Below are positions 1 to 11,879 of a stretch of 64,000 bases of DNA, piece by piece. The notes under the pieces were generated by a model. It saw nothing but the letters and a program-made list of their open reading frames with translations. It made no database searches and was not told where the DNA came from. Position numbers and translations under genes: made by a program. Each line of letters begins with the position of its first letter. Positions within the stretch are counted from its first letter, which is position 1. Source of the stretch: Histomonas meleagridis 2922-C6/04-290x (lineage: Eukaryota; Protista; Parabasalia); NCBI GenBank assembly GCA_020184695.1, contig JAANOX010000087.1, positions 1-64,000 on the forward strand, written 5' to 3'.

Positions 1-101
1 TGTTTTATTGAGAAAATGGAGAATTTTCATTTATAAAATTTAAATTGTTCGTTTTGGAGTACCCCAAAAATTCAGTTGGATTTTATCGTCATATTTTGAC
101 C

Positions 102-962
102 ATGGAAGATTTTGATCTTTTTGGACTTAAACAGGTACCACCTCTTATTGAACGCATAAAAGATTCTTCTTATGATGGATCTGTCCTTAAAAAACTTCGG
201 AATCTTTGTGCAAAAGGCCGTGAAACACAAGATTTGATTCGTAATTCAATCCCTGACGATTTTTTCCTAGCAAACCTAAAAGAATCAGAAAACCTTGTAT
301 TAGTTCTTCAACTATGTAATAATCTTTGCGTTCAAAATGAAGATTCTCAAAATCGCTTATTTCCTTTAATCACGCCAAAATTCAAAACCATTCAATGGAC
401 AGTACCACCAGCAACTGCAGCTCTCATGTTTATTATAACATGCACACAACCAGAGTCAGCTTTTAGAAATCAAATATCAATTGATTTACTTGAACCTTTC
501 TTTAATCTCCCAGATAATGATGAACTTGAGTTTTGTTTGATAACATTATTCCCACCAATTGCGTCAGATGTTCTTCGATATGCAATGTCACATGAAAATC
601 TTGTATTCATAATGTTAGATAGGCTTCATGATGCACTTGAACATCAGCCAGAACTCTTTGATACAAAAACATTCATAGCTGATCTGCTTTCTTATATCAA
701 ACAAGACGTCCTTCCAATCAAACAGAGTAAGTCAAAAATTGTGGGGATTTTTGCTGCGTTTGTCGGATGCTCAGAACCTGCTAGAAGAGAAGCTTTGAAT
801 CAAGGTGCATTTGATATAATAATGAAAACAAAGAAAATTGATGTAAATGATCCAATTCTACTTGAATGGTCAGCAGCAGCAATTAGATTCTTGGAAGGAG
901 ATATCGATACTGACATTTTAGAAGAAGGTAAAAAGTATATGGAGTCAAATGAACAAAAATAA
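102..962 (+). CDS. ATXN10: Ataxin-10-like ARM-repeat protein
   Basis: Motifs LRNLCA, QLCNNLCVQNEDSQ and C-terminal DPILLEWSAAAIRFLE match the ataxin-10 pattern. The ORF track starts at TTG 45; first in-frame ATG is 102. Confidence 0.65.
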   Translation: MEDFDLFGLKQVPPLIERIKDSSYDGSVLKKLRNLCAKGRETQDLIRNSIPDDFFLANLKESENLVLVLQLCNNLCVQNEDSQNRLFPLITPKFKTIQWTVPPATAALMFIITCTQPESAFRNQISIDLLEPFFNLPDNDELEFCLITLFPPIASDVLRYAMSHENLVFIMLDRLHDALEHQPELFDTKTFIADLLSYIKQDVLPIKQSKSKIVGIFAAFVGCSEPARREALNQGAFDIIMKTKKIDVNDPILLEWSAAAIRFLEGDIDTDILEEGKKYMESNEQK

Positions 963-1121
963 TTGTAATAAAATTTTGTTTTTAGAAACAAAAAAATATT
1001 TTTATGAAGTCGTTTGTGACCGTTTATAAAATTTTATGTTTTGTAAAATTATTTCTTTGAAATTAAAAATATTTCTGATAAATTATTTTTGCCAGAATCT
1101 GATTCTTACCTTTGGCGATCG

Positions 1122-4100
1122 ATGGAATCTGCCAGGGTATATTTCGAAAAACAAATAATTCAGGAGGACTTTGCTTCGTTTTCAATGAATGACTTATTTG
1201 GAAGTTCATTATTTAAAAGTGAATCTTTATTTAAAAATTCATTTCAATGTTATTGTTACCATGAATCCAATGGTTATGTAGCATTAGCAATTGGCTCATA
1301 TTTATATTCAATATGTCTGCCAAAAAATATTTTTTATTTTGTAGAACTTCCAATTAAATCATCGCAAGAAAAATTCATAATTTTTACAAAAGATTCAGAT
1401 GAGATATTAGTACTTTCAAATAATATTTTACTAGCATATGATTTGCATTTAAATTTAATTCAAAATAAAAAACTCAAAACAAATTATAAATATCTTTTTA
1501 GACTTTCTACAAATATTTATACATTCTCATCCAACTCATTAATCGAAATAATTGAACAAAAAGTTGTAATCAAAAATATTCCCAAACATTATTTTGTATT
1601 TTCAGATTTTTCGATGATTAATTTTGTCAGTAAAAATTCAGTTTTTTCTATAGATCAAAATCTACAAACAACAAAATATAATATATATCTTGGTGATATT
1701 ATTGATGCGTTTTATTTCCAAGATAATGAAGAATTTTTTGTATTAAATTCTAATCATGATATTCAAATATATTCAAAGACCTTTCATAAAATTAAGACAA
1801 TCAAGACAAGCAAAGCAATTTTTTTTATTCCATGGGAATCAACACACATTGTTTCTTTAAATAATTTTGGAAACATTTCGTTCACCTCACTTGAAACCGA
1901 CGAAATTCAATACACAGCCGTTAAACCCCATTCAATTATGAAGAAGACCGTTAACGGGTTTTTACTTATTGAGCCACGAGAAAAATATGGTAAATGTTAT
2001 CATTTTGATCTTATCCAATTTTTCTCAACATCTCCATATTCGTTATATTGTAAAAGTTGTGAACAAGGGAATTTTGGTGATTCGATAATTCTTCAAAATC
2101 TTCATCAATTTGATTATGATATTTATCATAAAGAATATCTTAAACAAAATGTTTTAACTAAAGAATCCATTCAAGAGCATTTAGAAAAGATCAAAGATAA
2201 ACAATGGGTATTAACATTTTGTATTTCAACGAATGGTGAAAGTGAAGAAATTGTTAAAACTTTAATTAAAATTGGAACCGAAATTGATCCAAACAATAAA
2301 ACGATGAATAACATTAAAGAGCGTTTTAATAGTTATTTAAAATTAATGGAAGAAACATTTGATTCTAAAGAATGGATCAAATATCGAAATTGCAAACTTA
2401 AATTATATTTAATTGATTTAGCCAGGCAAAAATTATATAAAAAGATCGAAATTATATATGAAACCTCAAGTGAAATAACACCGAAAATCCAAACCGAAGT
2501 ATTACAAAATATTTCATTATTTGAGTCACCACAAAATTATAAGAAATTAATACCTTATATTAAACAAAGTTTTATAGATCGCGCAATATTAATAGATAAA
2601 AACACCGGAAATATAACAACAACAATTGAGTTGTTACAAATTGGTTATAATATATTTCCATCACTTAAGAAAGAATTAAATTTGGCAATCGAATTCGATG
2701 AATATATTAATAAAATTAATCAAAACGAAATAAAATTAAACTTCGAAAATTATTATAATATGAATGAATTACAACGATTGAAATTACTTGCATTAAATTG
2801 TGATAACGCAAATTCTTTAATATCGTTATTAAAGAATGAAGCGAAATATGTAATGGAAAGAGATCAAAATGTTTTAAATGATTTTTTAATTGATCCTTTT
2901 ATCGATATAAATTCGAATGTTTTCGGTAATATTTCATTAAAGTCGAAAATTATCGAAACTTCAATTTTCCTTAAGAAGTTAAATTCATATGAAAAAGCAC
3001 AAAAAATTACAAATGATATTATTGACAAAATAATTTTTCCTATAACAAAAGAAATTGGAGAATTAATTATAAATAAATTTAATAATTTTATTAATGATAA
3101 AAATTTAAATTTGTTAAAATTCGCTATAATTTTAAGTGAATATAAAAACGCATTAAATTTAGAAACGATTAAAAATATAATTTCATCAAAATTGATTTTA
3201 GAAATTGCTGATGTAACAAATGATTGGGAAAATTATTATATAATTTCGAAAGAAATTAATTTTTATTATTTAAATGATGATAAAGAATTATTACAATCAT
3301 TAAATAATATAAATTTGAAATATAATTTTAATCAAAGAAAAATTAATGAGATAATAATTAATAATGAAATAGAAAGAGATATATTAATATTTGAAATTAA
3401 TTCTCTAACAAAAAACTTAAAAATTAATAAATTGAAATTTGTTTTCGATTGTTTCAAGAAAATTCCAATCAATTTATATAATGAAGAAACAAATGAAATA
3501 AAAAACAAATTAAAAATTTATAAAATAATCTCAAAAATTGCTTATAATAAAATGACAACGAAAATTATTAATGATTATATGAACAATAAAACGGAATTAA
3601 TTATAAATATTATTAAAACAAATTCGAAATCAAATTGTAATATTTCAGAGCTTTATGCAAAAGTGGAAGATGTTTGTAAAAAATTTGTAAAAGAAATTAA
3701 TCATAAAAAAATTGATGAAACTTTTGCATTAATTTGTTATGAAAATAATGAAATTAATTTCGGAACTAAATTTTTAATGAATTCAAATGATATAATTCGA
3801 TTAAAATATTTATCATCAAAAGAATTTAATGATAATAATTTAAGAAATAAAATTTGTGATGAATCAATTATAAATTGTAATATGAAACAAATTGATTCTT
3901 TTTTACATTATAAATCTTTAAGTTTGATTAAACCAATGAATGATATTAATATTTTGTTATTTATGTTCGAAACGAAAAACGATTTATTAATAAAATTTAG
4001 TTTCGGTTTCATTAAAAATTTAAATGAATCATTAAAAAAATTCGCGGAAATTAAACAAAATGAAAATTTCGAAGTTTTCTTTTATTTAATTTCCAAAATT

Positions 4101-4862
4101 TATTCAAAAAATTTATTTAATGAATTTGATTTCGATAATTTTAATTCTTTCGGAATGAAATTATTTTTAAATTTTTCTTTAGAAAAACAAAAGCAAATTC
4201 TAGAAAACATAAAAAATAATGAAATTATTAATAATTTAATAATATGTCAAATCGAAACAAATATTTTTCTTCAAGAATTAAATATTGAAACGTTTACAGA
4301 AAAACTGACAGTCAATAATTTGATTTCAGTTATAAACCGAAATCTGACAAAAATTTCAATAAAATCGATTTTTTCACTAGTTTACAAATGGAATTCGTTT
4401 AAGATTTTAACAAAAAATGAAATTAAAGAAATTGTTATAAATTTCTTTAGTTTTAATATGATTCAAAATAGAAGTTTTTGGGATACTATCTTTAATGAAG
4501 AAGATGAATTAGAAATTCTTTCAAAAACTTCAGATGCTTATTTCGGAATTACATCAAATTTTGAATTTGTAATAAAAGAAGCAATTAAAATAAAAAGAAC
4601 AAAATACGAATTAAATCAAAATGTTGTGGAAATAATATTGGACAAAGGATTTGTGCATTTGTTCTTTGATACATTTTATTTTGATGAAATAATTAAAAAC
4701 GCAAAAAATAAAAAACATTTTAAAATTATTTTCGATTCATTGGTGAAAAATAATCGAAAATTGGAACTGTTAAATTTTGTTTCGAAATACTTTGATGTTC
4801 CAAAACAATTTGTAAGTCCTTCATCATTTGATACATTTGTAGAAATTGGTCAAAAGATATAA
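1122..4862 (+). CDS. NBAS/Sec39-like protein (N-terminal beta-propeller plus alpha-solenoid)
   Basis: Long ORF, first ATG 1122. RFNSYLKL..W..YRNCKL..LAR and ILQNISLFESPQNYKKLIP resemble conserved NBAS blocks. The C-terminal half is N/I/K-rich and divergent. Confidence 0.5.
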   Translation: MESARVYFEKQIIQEDFASFSMNDLFGSSLFKSESLFKNSFQCYCYHESNGYVALAIGSYLYSICLPKNIFYFVELPIKSSQEKFIIFTKDSDEILVLSNNILLAYDLHLNLIQNKKLKTNYKYLFRLSTNIYTFSSNSLIEIIEQKVVIKNIPKHYFVFSDFSMINFVSKNSVFSIDQNLQTTKYNIYLGDIIDAFYFQDNEEFFVLNSNHDIQIYSKTFHKIKTIKTSKAIFFIPWESTHIVSLNNFGNISFTSLETDEIQYTAVKPHSIMKKTVNGFLLIEPREKYGKCYHFDLIQFFSTSPYSLYCKSCEQGNFGDSIILQNLHQFDYDIYHKEYLKQNVLTKESIQEHLEKIKDKQWVLTFCISTNGESEEIVKTLIKIGTEIDPNNKTMNNIKERFNSYLKLMEETFDSKEWIKYRNCKLKLYLIDLARQKLYKKIEIIYETSSEITPKIQTEVLQNISLFESPQNYKKLIPYIKQSFIDRAILIDKNTGNITTTIELLQIGYNIFPSLKKELNLAIEFDEYINKINQNEIKLNFENYYNMNELQRLKLLALNCDNANSLISLLKNEAKYVMERDQNVLNDFLIDPFIDINSNVFGNISLKSKIIETSIFLKKLNSYEKAQKITNDIIDKIIFPITKEIGELIINKFNNFINDKNLNLLKFAIILSEYKNALNLETIKNIISSKLILEIADVTNDWENYYIISKEINFYYLNDDKELLQSLNNINLKYNFNQRKINEIIINNEIERDILIFEINSLTKNLKINKLKFVFDCFKKIPINLYNEETNEIKNKLKIYKIISKIAYNKMTTKIINDYMNNKTELIINIIKTNSKSNCNISELYAKVEDVCKKFVKEINHKKIDETFALICYENNEINFGTKFLMNSNDIIRLKYLSSKEFNDNNLRNKICDESIINCNMKQIDSFLHYKSLSLIKPMNDINILLFMFETKNDLLIKFSFGFIKNLNESLKKFAEIKQNENFEVFFYLISKIYSKNLFNEFDFDNFNSFGMKLFLNFSLEKQKQILENIKNNEIINNLIICQIETNIFLQELNIETFTEKLTVNNLISVINRNLTKISIKSIFSLVYKWNSFKILTKNEIKEIVINFFSFNMIQNRSFWDTIFNEEDELEILSKTSDAYFGITSNFEFVIKEAIKIKRTKYELNQNVVEIILDKGFVHLFFDTFYFDEIIKNAKNKKHFKIIFDSLVKNNRKLELLNFVSKYFDVPKQFVSPSSFDTFVEIGQKI

Positions 4863-5151
4863 ATAAAAAATTTTATAACTTTCCCAAATTTGAAAATTGT
4901 TTTAAATACATTTTATTAAATAAAAAATTATTGTGAATGTTAAATCACAAATTTTTATATTATTAGCATACAATTTATATTATGTTAAATTTTATCCTTT
5001 ACTCATTTTTATAAAAAATTACATGGAATGATTTTAATATTTCCAATGGAATATTTTATCAATTTTCAATAATATTTGAATTCGTATTTTAATCAATTTT
5101 TTTCTTCATGATAAATTTCAAAAATTTAAAATCAAAGAACGCAAAATTTTA

Positions 5152-5755
5152 TTAACACATAATGCATATTACCTTTTTGCTATTGTCTTCCTTCTTGTTT
5201 TGCTTATTAATATCTCTTTGAGTTGGTTTGTTTTCTTCATTTTCTTTGTGTTCTTTTATTAATTTTGCAATATCAAAAAATGTTTCTTCAACATTTATAC
5301 CATTTTTGGTTGAGATCTGGTAGAATTTAGCATTATGTTTTTTCTGTAATTCATCAATTTCATTTTGTGGAACCACTTTATCAAGATCGCAATTATTTCC
5401 AACAATGAAGAAAATCAATGATTTATTTTCATTTATATTGATTGAATTCATACAATATTTAATCAACGCAAAAGTTTCTTCATCTGTAAAATCAAATATA
5501 AAAATGATTGCATCTAAAGTTCTTAAATAAGATTTTGAAATTGTTCTGAAATGTTCTTGTCACCAGTATCAAATGCTTTGATTCTGGTTGCTCTGCCGTC
5601 AATAGTTATTACTCTATTTCCACAAATAGCTTAGTACTTATTTCATTAGTTTTATCTGATGAACCTTTTCCAAAAAATTGTTTGAATATATCATCTGTCC
5701 CGACAGAAGAACAGCCAAAAAGCAAAATTTCAATAGTTATTTCATTATTTTCCAT
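5152..5755 (-). pseudogene. Rab-like small GTPase with two single-base frameshifts (pseudogene or sequence error)
   Basis: ATG 5755 MENNEITIEILLFGCSSVG. A frame change near 5630 restores ..CGNRVITIDG..IKAFDTG, and one near 5562 restores QEHFRTISKSYLR..IIFIFD..VGNNCD..STKNGINVEETF..CIMC. Confidence 0.7.
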
Positions 5756-5876
5756 TTTGAAATTTTTTCTTTACGGCAAAGTGAAGTGAAGTGTTTTAAA
5801 CGGTCGTCAGATTTAAACGTTCTCTATATGGAATATTAAAGTGAAAAAACTTAAAAAAGATACGATTAAGAAAAGT

Positions 5877-8057
5877 TTACTCTGTTTCTGGTTTAAGAAC
5901 TGAGTTTCCACTACTTGGGTTTGCTTTGTTATCGTCTGCCTTCACGACTGAATCAGATCTTGAGTATATTTCTTGCAAAACAACCATCTTAAATGGAATT
6001 GGTTCAATTGTTCTTTCTGCAACGGAGCTAAGTATTTCTTCTATGAGAGCGTTGAACAAATTTGTATCATCTATCTTATCAAATATCGCCATATAAATGA
6101 AGAATGTATCCACTTGCATTTGATTAAATCCCGCACAAGAAAACGTTGTGTTCCTAACCAACTCCAGCAATGTCTTAAGTGAATACATTGCTGTAGCAGT
6201 CAGAACTGCTTTATTATTAAAGTCGATTTTCCGATTCAGGTGAAGACGGTTAACGGTTGTGAACAATCTGTCGATTTGATGTATGTTGTCCTCCCTCAAA
6301 CCGTGGAAAAGTGGCGTTTGAGAGGATTTGAACGCTGATCCGGAGTACCCCGAAAAACGGTTTCGCGACGATCGGCTACTATGACTTGATGATGCGTCAT
6401 CGCTGACGATTTTGCTCATGATTTGGTTAAGCTGACTCCACATCTCAGCCATTTCTTGAATGGCAAGGCATATGGAGATACTTGCATCATGAGGCGTCTT
6501 GGCATCAAGCCAATTCTTGGATGTCATTCCTTGAACAATTATTTCCGAAAGCATTTTCCGCTTGCTCTCAATAAAACGCCATAAACACTTCTCCGCGATT
6601 TCAGTGGCGTTGTTTTGATAGATAGTTTGGATGTTTAGTGTTGATGAAGATGAATCAATTCGAGATACTTGCTCAAAAATAAATGGAATAAGCTTGATGC
6701 TGAAGTACTGTGCAAGACCAAACGCAAAAAGACATGAACGAGCATCGACTTTGTCGAGTTCGTTGAGAATTTGAGAAATATGTTTTGTTGAAAGTTGCGT
6801 AATAAGTTGTTTGGCTTCAGGAAGAGCTTCAACAAGTTCCCTAAAGCTAGAAAACAGAAGGCTAGAGTCACGTTTGAAGTTGGAAATTGTTTCTGTAAAT
6901 ATTTGTTCGCTATTTTGAGCCTTATTAGTCGTTGTAATAGCTTTGATTGCTGCATCGCAAAGCTCTGTGAAGTGGTATTGGATATATTTTTGTAAAAGCC
7001 ATTTTGTGAATGATTTCATTTGTTGAGGAAGAGATGATTTTCCAATCTTTTGAGAAAACTCATTCACAAAGTGAGCAAATGCATCACTCTTAAGTTCGCA
7101 TATAGTTTTCAAGGAGAATAATTTTGTGATCTTCTTAAAAAGTGTTTGTCGATATTCAGTTATATATTTGTCACTTTTATGTGTATCGTCAACGGTTTCT
7201 GCGGTTGCAAATTTTGAAAGATGTTTATCGTACTCTTCCACAAATTCAGTTGAATCGAGAACGATAGTGTATTGGACTTTTTGAATGAGCGCAAACGGTT
7301 CGAGACTTGTGTCGATTGTAGAAATTGTTTTATCATCTTTTGCAGTTTGTTGAGCTATTAGCTCCGGAATAATGATACTTGGTGAAAATTGTAATTTTAT
7401 CAATGTTGCTGCAAGACTTACTGATTCTTTAATAGGAGTATTTTCATCAGATAATTGAACACGAACTTTAACTTTGATTTCTTCAATAATGGATTTACAT
7501 TCGTTCTTAATTTTGGTAAATGATTCATAATGTGTCTGTGATTCTAATATTTTTTCTGCACTGAGCCAAATATCAACAGCATGTTCATAATTTTGACATT
7601 CAACATCAGCGTGGAGCTTGTATGGAAGACGTGAAATAAAGTCAATTCGATCGAGAAGACGAGAAATTCCAACTAATCTTGATATCTGTTGATGTGTTGG
7701 ATCTAAATCTTTCCTAACTTCTAGTGTATGCTTTTCAACATCTTCTAGTCCTGACATTAAGCTCTTCATTTGTGATGAAAGAGTAACTAATCCATCTTTC
7801 ATTGAATGTATGGTTTCAGAGGCTTGTAAAAACTTTGTATAATTATCATAAACCATATTTTGTAGTTCGTTATCAAGAGTATGGATATCGCATTCCAATT
7901 GTGTGTATTCTCGTTTGAGCTGTGTTAAATCTTTGGAAGCAACCAAAGATTGGAAGAATGGCTGGACTTCAAAACTTGGTGAATTAATGTCCATTGGGTT
8001 TTCCACTATTTTAGGCTCATCTAATCCATAATATTGACGAAGTACATCCAGCGACAT
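5877..8057 (-). CDS. VPS51: GARP/EARP subunit Vps51 (Ang2)
   Basis: LRQYYGL..DINSPSF..DIHTLDNELQNMVYDNYTKFLQASETI is the Vps51 N-terminal domain. Likely start is MSLD at 8057. Confidence 0.85.
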   Translation of the reverse strand: MSLDVLRQYYGLDEPKIVENPMDINSPSFEVQPFFQSLVASKDLTQLKREYTQLECDIHTLDNELQNMVYDNYTKFLQASETIHSMKDGLVTLSSQMKSLMSGLEDVEKHTLEVRKDLDPTHQQISRLVGISRLLDRIDFISRLPYKLHADVECQNYEHAVDIWLSAEKILESQTHYESFTKIKNECKSIIEEIKVKVRVQLSDENTPIKESVSLAATLIKLQFSPSIIIPELIAQQTAKDDKTISTIDTSLEPFALIQKVQYTIVLDSTEFVEEYDKHLSKFATAETVDDTHKSDKYITEYRQTLFKKITKLFSLKTICELKSDAFAHFVNEFSQKIGKSSLPQQMKSFTKWLLQKYIQYHFTELCDAAIKAITTTNKAQNSEQIFTETISNFKRDSSLLFSSFRELVEALPEAKQLITQLSTKHISQILNELDKVDARSCLFAFGLAQYFSIKLIPFIFEQVSRIDSSSSTLNIQTIYQNNATEIAEKCLWRFIESKRKMLSEIIVQGMTSKNWLDAKTPHDASISICLAIQEMAEMWSQLNQIMSKIVSDDASSSHSSRSSRNRFSGYSGSAFKSSQTPLFHGLREDNIHQIDRLFTTVNRLHLNRKIDFNNKAVLTATAMYSLKTLLELVRNTTFSCAGFNQMQVDTFFIYMAIFDKIDDTNLFNALIEEILSSVAERTIEPIPFKMVVLQEIYSRSDSVVKADDNKANPSSGNSVLKPETE

Positions 8058-8381
8058 TTGATGGGGAACGTTAACGTTAATTATTTCACATAACATTTCA
8101 TTACTTAATCTTTTTAAAACATTATTTTGCCAACATTGGAGAATTTGCTTCAGGATTGAAACAAAGAAAACCTTACTATGGCACAATAAGCTAGATGAAT
8201 TTTGGAATAAAAAATAGACTTTTACATTTAATCAATTGAAAAAATTGTGCTTCTTTTTTGCATAAAAGGTAAATCGCGTACAAAGAGATTTCTGAGATAT
8301 TTAAACAATATTAACATTGAAGAAATAACACCAAAGAGGAAAATACACTTCCACTTTTCTTCAGCTATGTACGTTATTTAA

Positions 8382-11369
8382 ATGCTCTTAAGCAAAGCCA
8401 AAACGCAGAAAGGCCCACCATTTATTTCTGATCCTGCTGTTTTGGTTTTCCGTGACTTTGTAGTTGGTGAAACAATGAATATTCCATTCACACTTACAAA
8501 TGTTTCATTTTCAAGGAATACATATAAAGTCATTGGAGTTGACAAAGAATATGAAACATTGTTCAAAATAAACAGCAAGCCACCTGGATATGTTTCGCCC
8601 GGCGTTTCTGTTGAACTATCCCTTAATTTCACACCAAAATTTAATTCACAAATCAAATGTTCTCTTCATTTTCTTGCTCAAACAGGCCCATTCGATGTTG
8701 AGATCGAATGTTTGCCAAAGGTTGTAAATATTCAAATTGAACCATTTGATGTTTTAAATATTGGTAATGTTACACTTGGAGAAGAAATAGAACGTAATCT
8801 TACAATAAGAAACTACGGAGCTCTTTCTGCTCTTTGGGCTATTTCTCTCGGCTCTACTAAGGTTGATCCTGGATTTCTCACTCTTGAAGAAGCAGAAGAC
8901 GGAATTATACGTTTTTCTCCACGGCATGGCATTGTCAATGGTTATGGGAAATCCACATTAAAAGTAGTTTTCAGACCAAAAAAGCCATGTCAATTAAAAT
9001 TTACTATTAATATCAAAATATCATCATCACACAAAGAATTCGAACCTTTTGTTTGTAGTCTTCCATTGGAAGGCGTTGGAGTTGATGTTCCTGTATTTTT
9101 AGAATCAAATCAAATTGATTTTGGAGTTTGTCTTTATAACGAACTATATAGATCAACAATCATTGCACATAATCGAAGTAATATTACACATAGATTTATT
9201 GTTAACTTACCTCCAAATCTTGAAAAATATGTTGAATTTGTTCCAAAACTTGGATTTATTAGATCTCAATCATCTCTTCAAATTGGTGTTAAACTAAGGC
9301 TAACGAAAAAGTTTAAACAGCATTTCCCACGAATTGAACAAACAGCTTCGTTTCCAATCTCATTGGAAATTGCAAACCAAGTTCTTCCTGTTCCTTTAAA
9401 TTTAACATTTACTCCATCATCTTCTCGTTTAACGTTTGAACCTTCAGTGATAGATTTTGGCACATTTATAACAACGGAATCAAAGGAAGTTCCCCTTAAA
9501 ATCAAGTCGCATCTGAAGATTTTGTGTAACTTCGGTTTCATAGGTTTACCTTCAGGTGTATCGGTACAACCGTTCGACGGTTTTGGGCTAATTTTACCCG
9601 GCGAAACCGTTGAGGTAAACGTCTCTTTTCAAGCGCCAGTTCCAAAGAAATACGAATTCCAAATTAGTTTAGCAACACTAAATGGACAAAAGTTCAATAT
9701 ACCTTGTTTGGCAAACATAACACAATCACCTTTATTAATGTCTGAATCATCAATTTTATTTGAAGCTACACCTCTTGGAACTGAATCATCATATTCAGTA
9801 ACTCTCACGAATCAAAAGAATCAACCGCTCGAGTTCGAGTTTGGTAAATTCGACGACTTCTTATTTGATCCAGTTGTATCAACAATTCCACCAAATTCTT
9901 CCAAAAATGTTTTTATTACATTCAAGCCAACAGTGCCACTTCGGGTAGCTGATAGTGGGACAGACAGTGACGTTTCTCCTTTATCAAGAAGCAGTTCAAA
10001 AAGCGTGATCAGGAAAAAGTTAAGAGATCGAAAAAAAGAAGATAAAGAAGAGGCGCACGAACCAAAACAACAAATTGATCCTGAATTCACTTACAAAACT
10101 TATGAAAAAAGTGTTTCTTGTTTCTGGCGTTGTAATGGATCGAATGGATCAAATCATCTTCTTCTTAAAGGTGCATCAATCCTTCCACAGCTGTTCGTTA
10201 CAGAAGTATTGGTAGGTGGTAAAGAAACCAAAAGTGAAGATTTTATAGATCTTTCACTTTCAAAGATAAATTTTGGTGTTGTTGCAACAGGACAATCTCT
10301 TGATGCAATTGTTACCATTAAGAGTGTTGTTAAGCGTCGTCTTCCACTCGAATTTATCTTTGAGCATGGCTCCTTTGATGTTCTTACTCCATCTACAGAA
10401 TTAAAACCGCTTCAGGGCACTCCAATTAGAATCAGGTTCACCCCAACCGCTAATGTAAAGTTTACATCAAAAGTGGTGATTCAGTGTGCCGATAAACCAA
10501 ACATTCGATGTGTTCTAACTCTTATTGGGGAAGGTGCATCGCCATCTATTATACTTAACCAAGAAGTACTTGATTTTGGACATGTTGTTGTTGGTCAATC
10601 CATAACTAAGTCAATCCAAATTAAGAATAATGCTGAATTTTCGTTTGAATATGTTTATGAGCTACGCCCGACCCCACAGATGCACCACACGAATATGGAC
10701 GACAAAGAAACATTCACCATTGATAAAAAATGTCAAAGATTAAATCCATCTGAAACTGGTAATGTCGTTGTTGTTTTTAGTCCTGACCATGATAACCTCT
10801 CTTTCCAAAGCGTTCTTGTTATATCAGCTGGAGAGAATGGCGAAAAACGAGAAGTTCCAATATATGGAAGTTCATGGCCATATGTTATGTTTATCATGGG
10901 TGGTAATGAAGAACCACAACACCGTACAGCTTTTGATCATTACCAACTTGACGAGCCATATTTTCGTCCAAATGTAATTTGCGAGATGTCATATCCTGGA
11001 ATCACTTCATCCGTTATGCTTACCTTTGGCGTAGCTAATCAAAGCGACGATGTTCGGAAAGCCAATGGCGAGCTTTTCTTCGACTCCATAACAGTTCCTG
11101 GCTTCACAGTGTCCCCTTCAAAGTGCGCCATTGAATGCGGCGGTTTGGCGCACGTTAAGGTCGAATATTCACCAACTGCATCCAGCCTTCTGCAGGTTGG
11201 CCAATGGGTTGTGGCCGAGACAGCTGTTAATTTAAAGTGCGGAGAGTTCATGAAGAAGGTGCCGGTAAAGATGAAATGCTTGATTAACATGCAGCAGAGT
11301 TCGGATTTAAGCGCTCAAACAACTTCGAGACAATCAAAAGCTTCTGTTAAAAGGAAAGGGAAAAAGTAA
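8382..11369 (+). CDS. CFAP74: Cilia/flagella-associated protein with tandem ASH/Ig-like domains
   Basis: 995 aa ORF. PAVLVFRDFVVGE..FTLTNVSF and repeated IDFG-type Ig-like domains. Confidence 0.7.
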   Translation: MLLSKAKTQKGPPFISDPAVLVFRDFVVGETMNIPFTLTNVSFSRNTYKVIGVDKEYETLFKINSKPPGYVSPGVSVELSLNFTPKFNSQIKCSLHFLAQTGPFDVEIECLPKVVNIQIEPFDVLNIGNVTLGEEIERNLTIRNYGALSALWAISLGSTKVDPGFLTLEEAEDGIIRFSPRHGIVNGYGKSTLKVVFRPKKPCQLKFTINIKISSSHKEFEPFVCSLPLEGVGVDVPVFLESNQIDFGVCLYNELYRSTIIAHNRSNITHRFIVNLPPNLEKYVEFVPKLGFIRSQSSLQIGVKLRLTKKFKQHFPRIEQTASFPISLEIANQVLPVPLNLTFTPSSSRLTFEPSVIDFGTFITTESKEVPLKIKSHLKILCNFGFIGLPSGVSVQPFDGFGLILPGETVEVNVSFQAPVPKKYEFQISLATLNGQKFNIPCLANITQSPLLMSESSILFEATPLGTESSYSVTLTNQKNQPLEFEFGKFDDFLFDPVVSTIPPNSSKNVFITFKPTVPLRVADSGTDSDVSPLSRSSSKSVIRKKLRDRKKEDKEEAHEPKQQIDPEFTYKTYEKSVSCFWRCNGSNGSNHLLLKGASILPQLFVTEVLVGGKETKSEDFIDLSLSKINFGVVATGQSLDAIVTIKSVVKRRLPLEFIFEHGSFDVLTPSTELKPLQGTPIRIRFTPTANVKFTSKVVIQCADKPNIRCVLTLIGEGASPSIILNQEVLDFGHVVVGQSITKSIQIKNNAEFSFEYVYELRPTPQMHHTNMDDKETFTIDKKCQRLNPSETGNVVVVFSPDHDNLSFQSVLVISAGENGEKREVPIYGSSWPYVMFIMGGNEEPQHRTAFDHYQLDEPYFRPNVICEMSYPGITSSVMLTFGVANQSDDVRKANGELFFDSITVPGFTVSPSKCAIECGGLAHVKVEYSPTASSLLQVGQWVVAETAVNLKCGEFMKKVPVKMKCLINMQQSSDLSAQTTSRQSKASVKRKGKK

Positions 11370-11879
11370 ATGTGATTTATTTGCGATATATGAAATTTTA
11401 TGTATCAAAAAAAATGAGTTTAAATATATATATATATTTCGGTAAATTATTTTATTGAGCAGCTTATCTTCTATAGCTTTTATTCAACTTGTTTAATGTA
11501 AAGTTAAGTTTCTTTTCTTTTTATTACTCTTCGAGGGGAAAAAAAAAGATTTCTTTTGAACAAAATTGAAATTATAAAGAAATCATTTACCGGTATGTTT
11601 TCAGAGTTTATATTTCATTTCAATTCTTTTTAGCTTGAAAAATGTTATTAATTTCTTATGTCTTGTAATAAAAATATTTTTAGGTTGATTTGGGATTTAA
11701 TATAGAGTTTTTCTTCTCAAATTGTTTGTTTCATTTTTAAAATGGTAAAGCAATATCAAAGATCATATAAACAAAAACGTATTTGTATGATCCGAAAACC
11801 AATCTAACAAAAACTTTAGAAATTATAAGGATTTTAGGTTAACAACTTAATGTAAATACGATTTTAATTAGATAGACTT

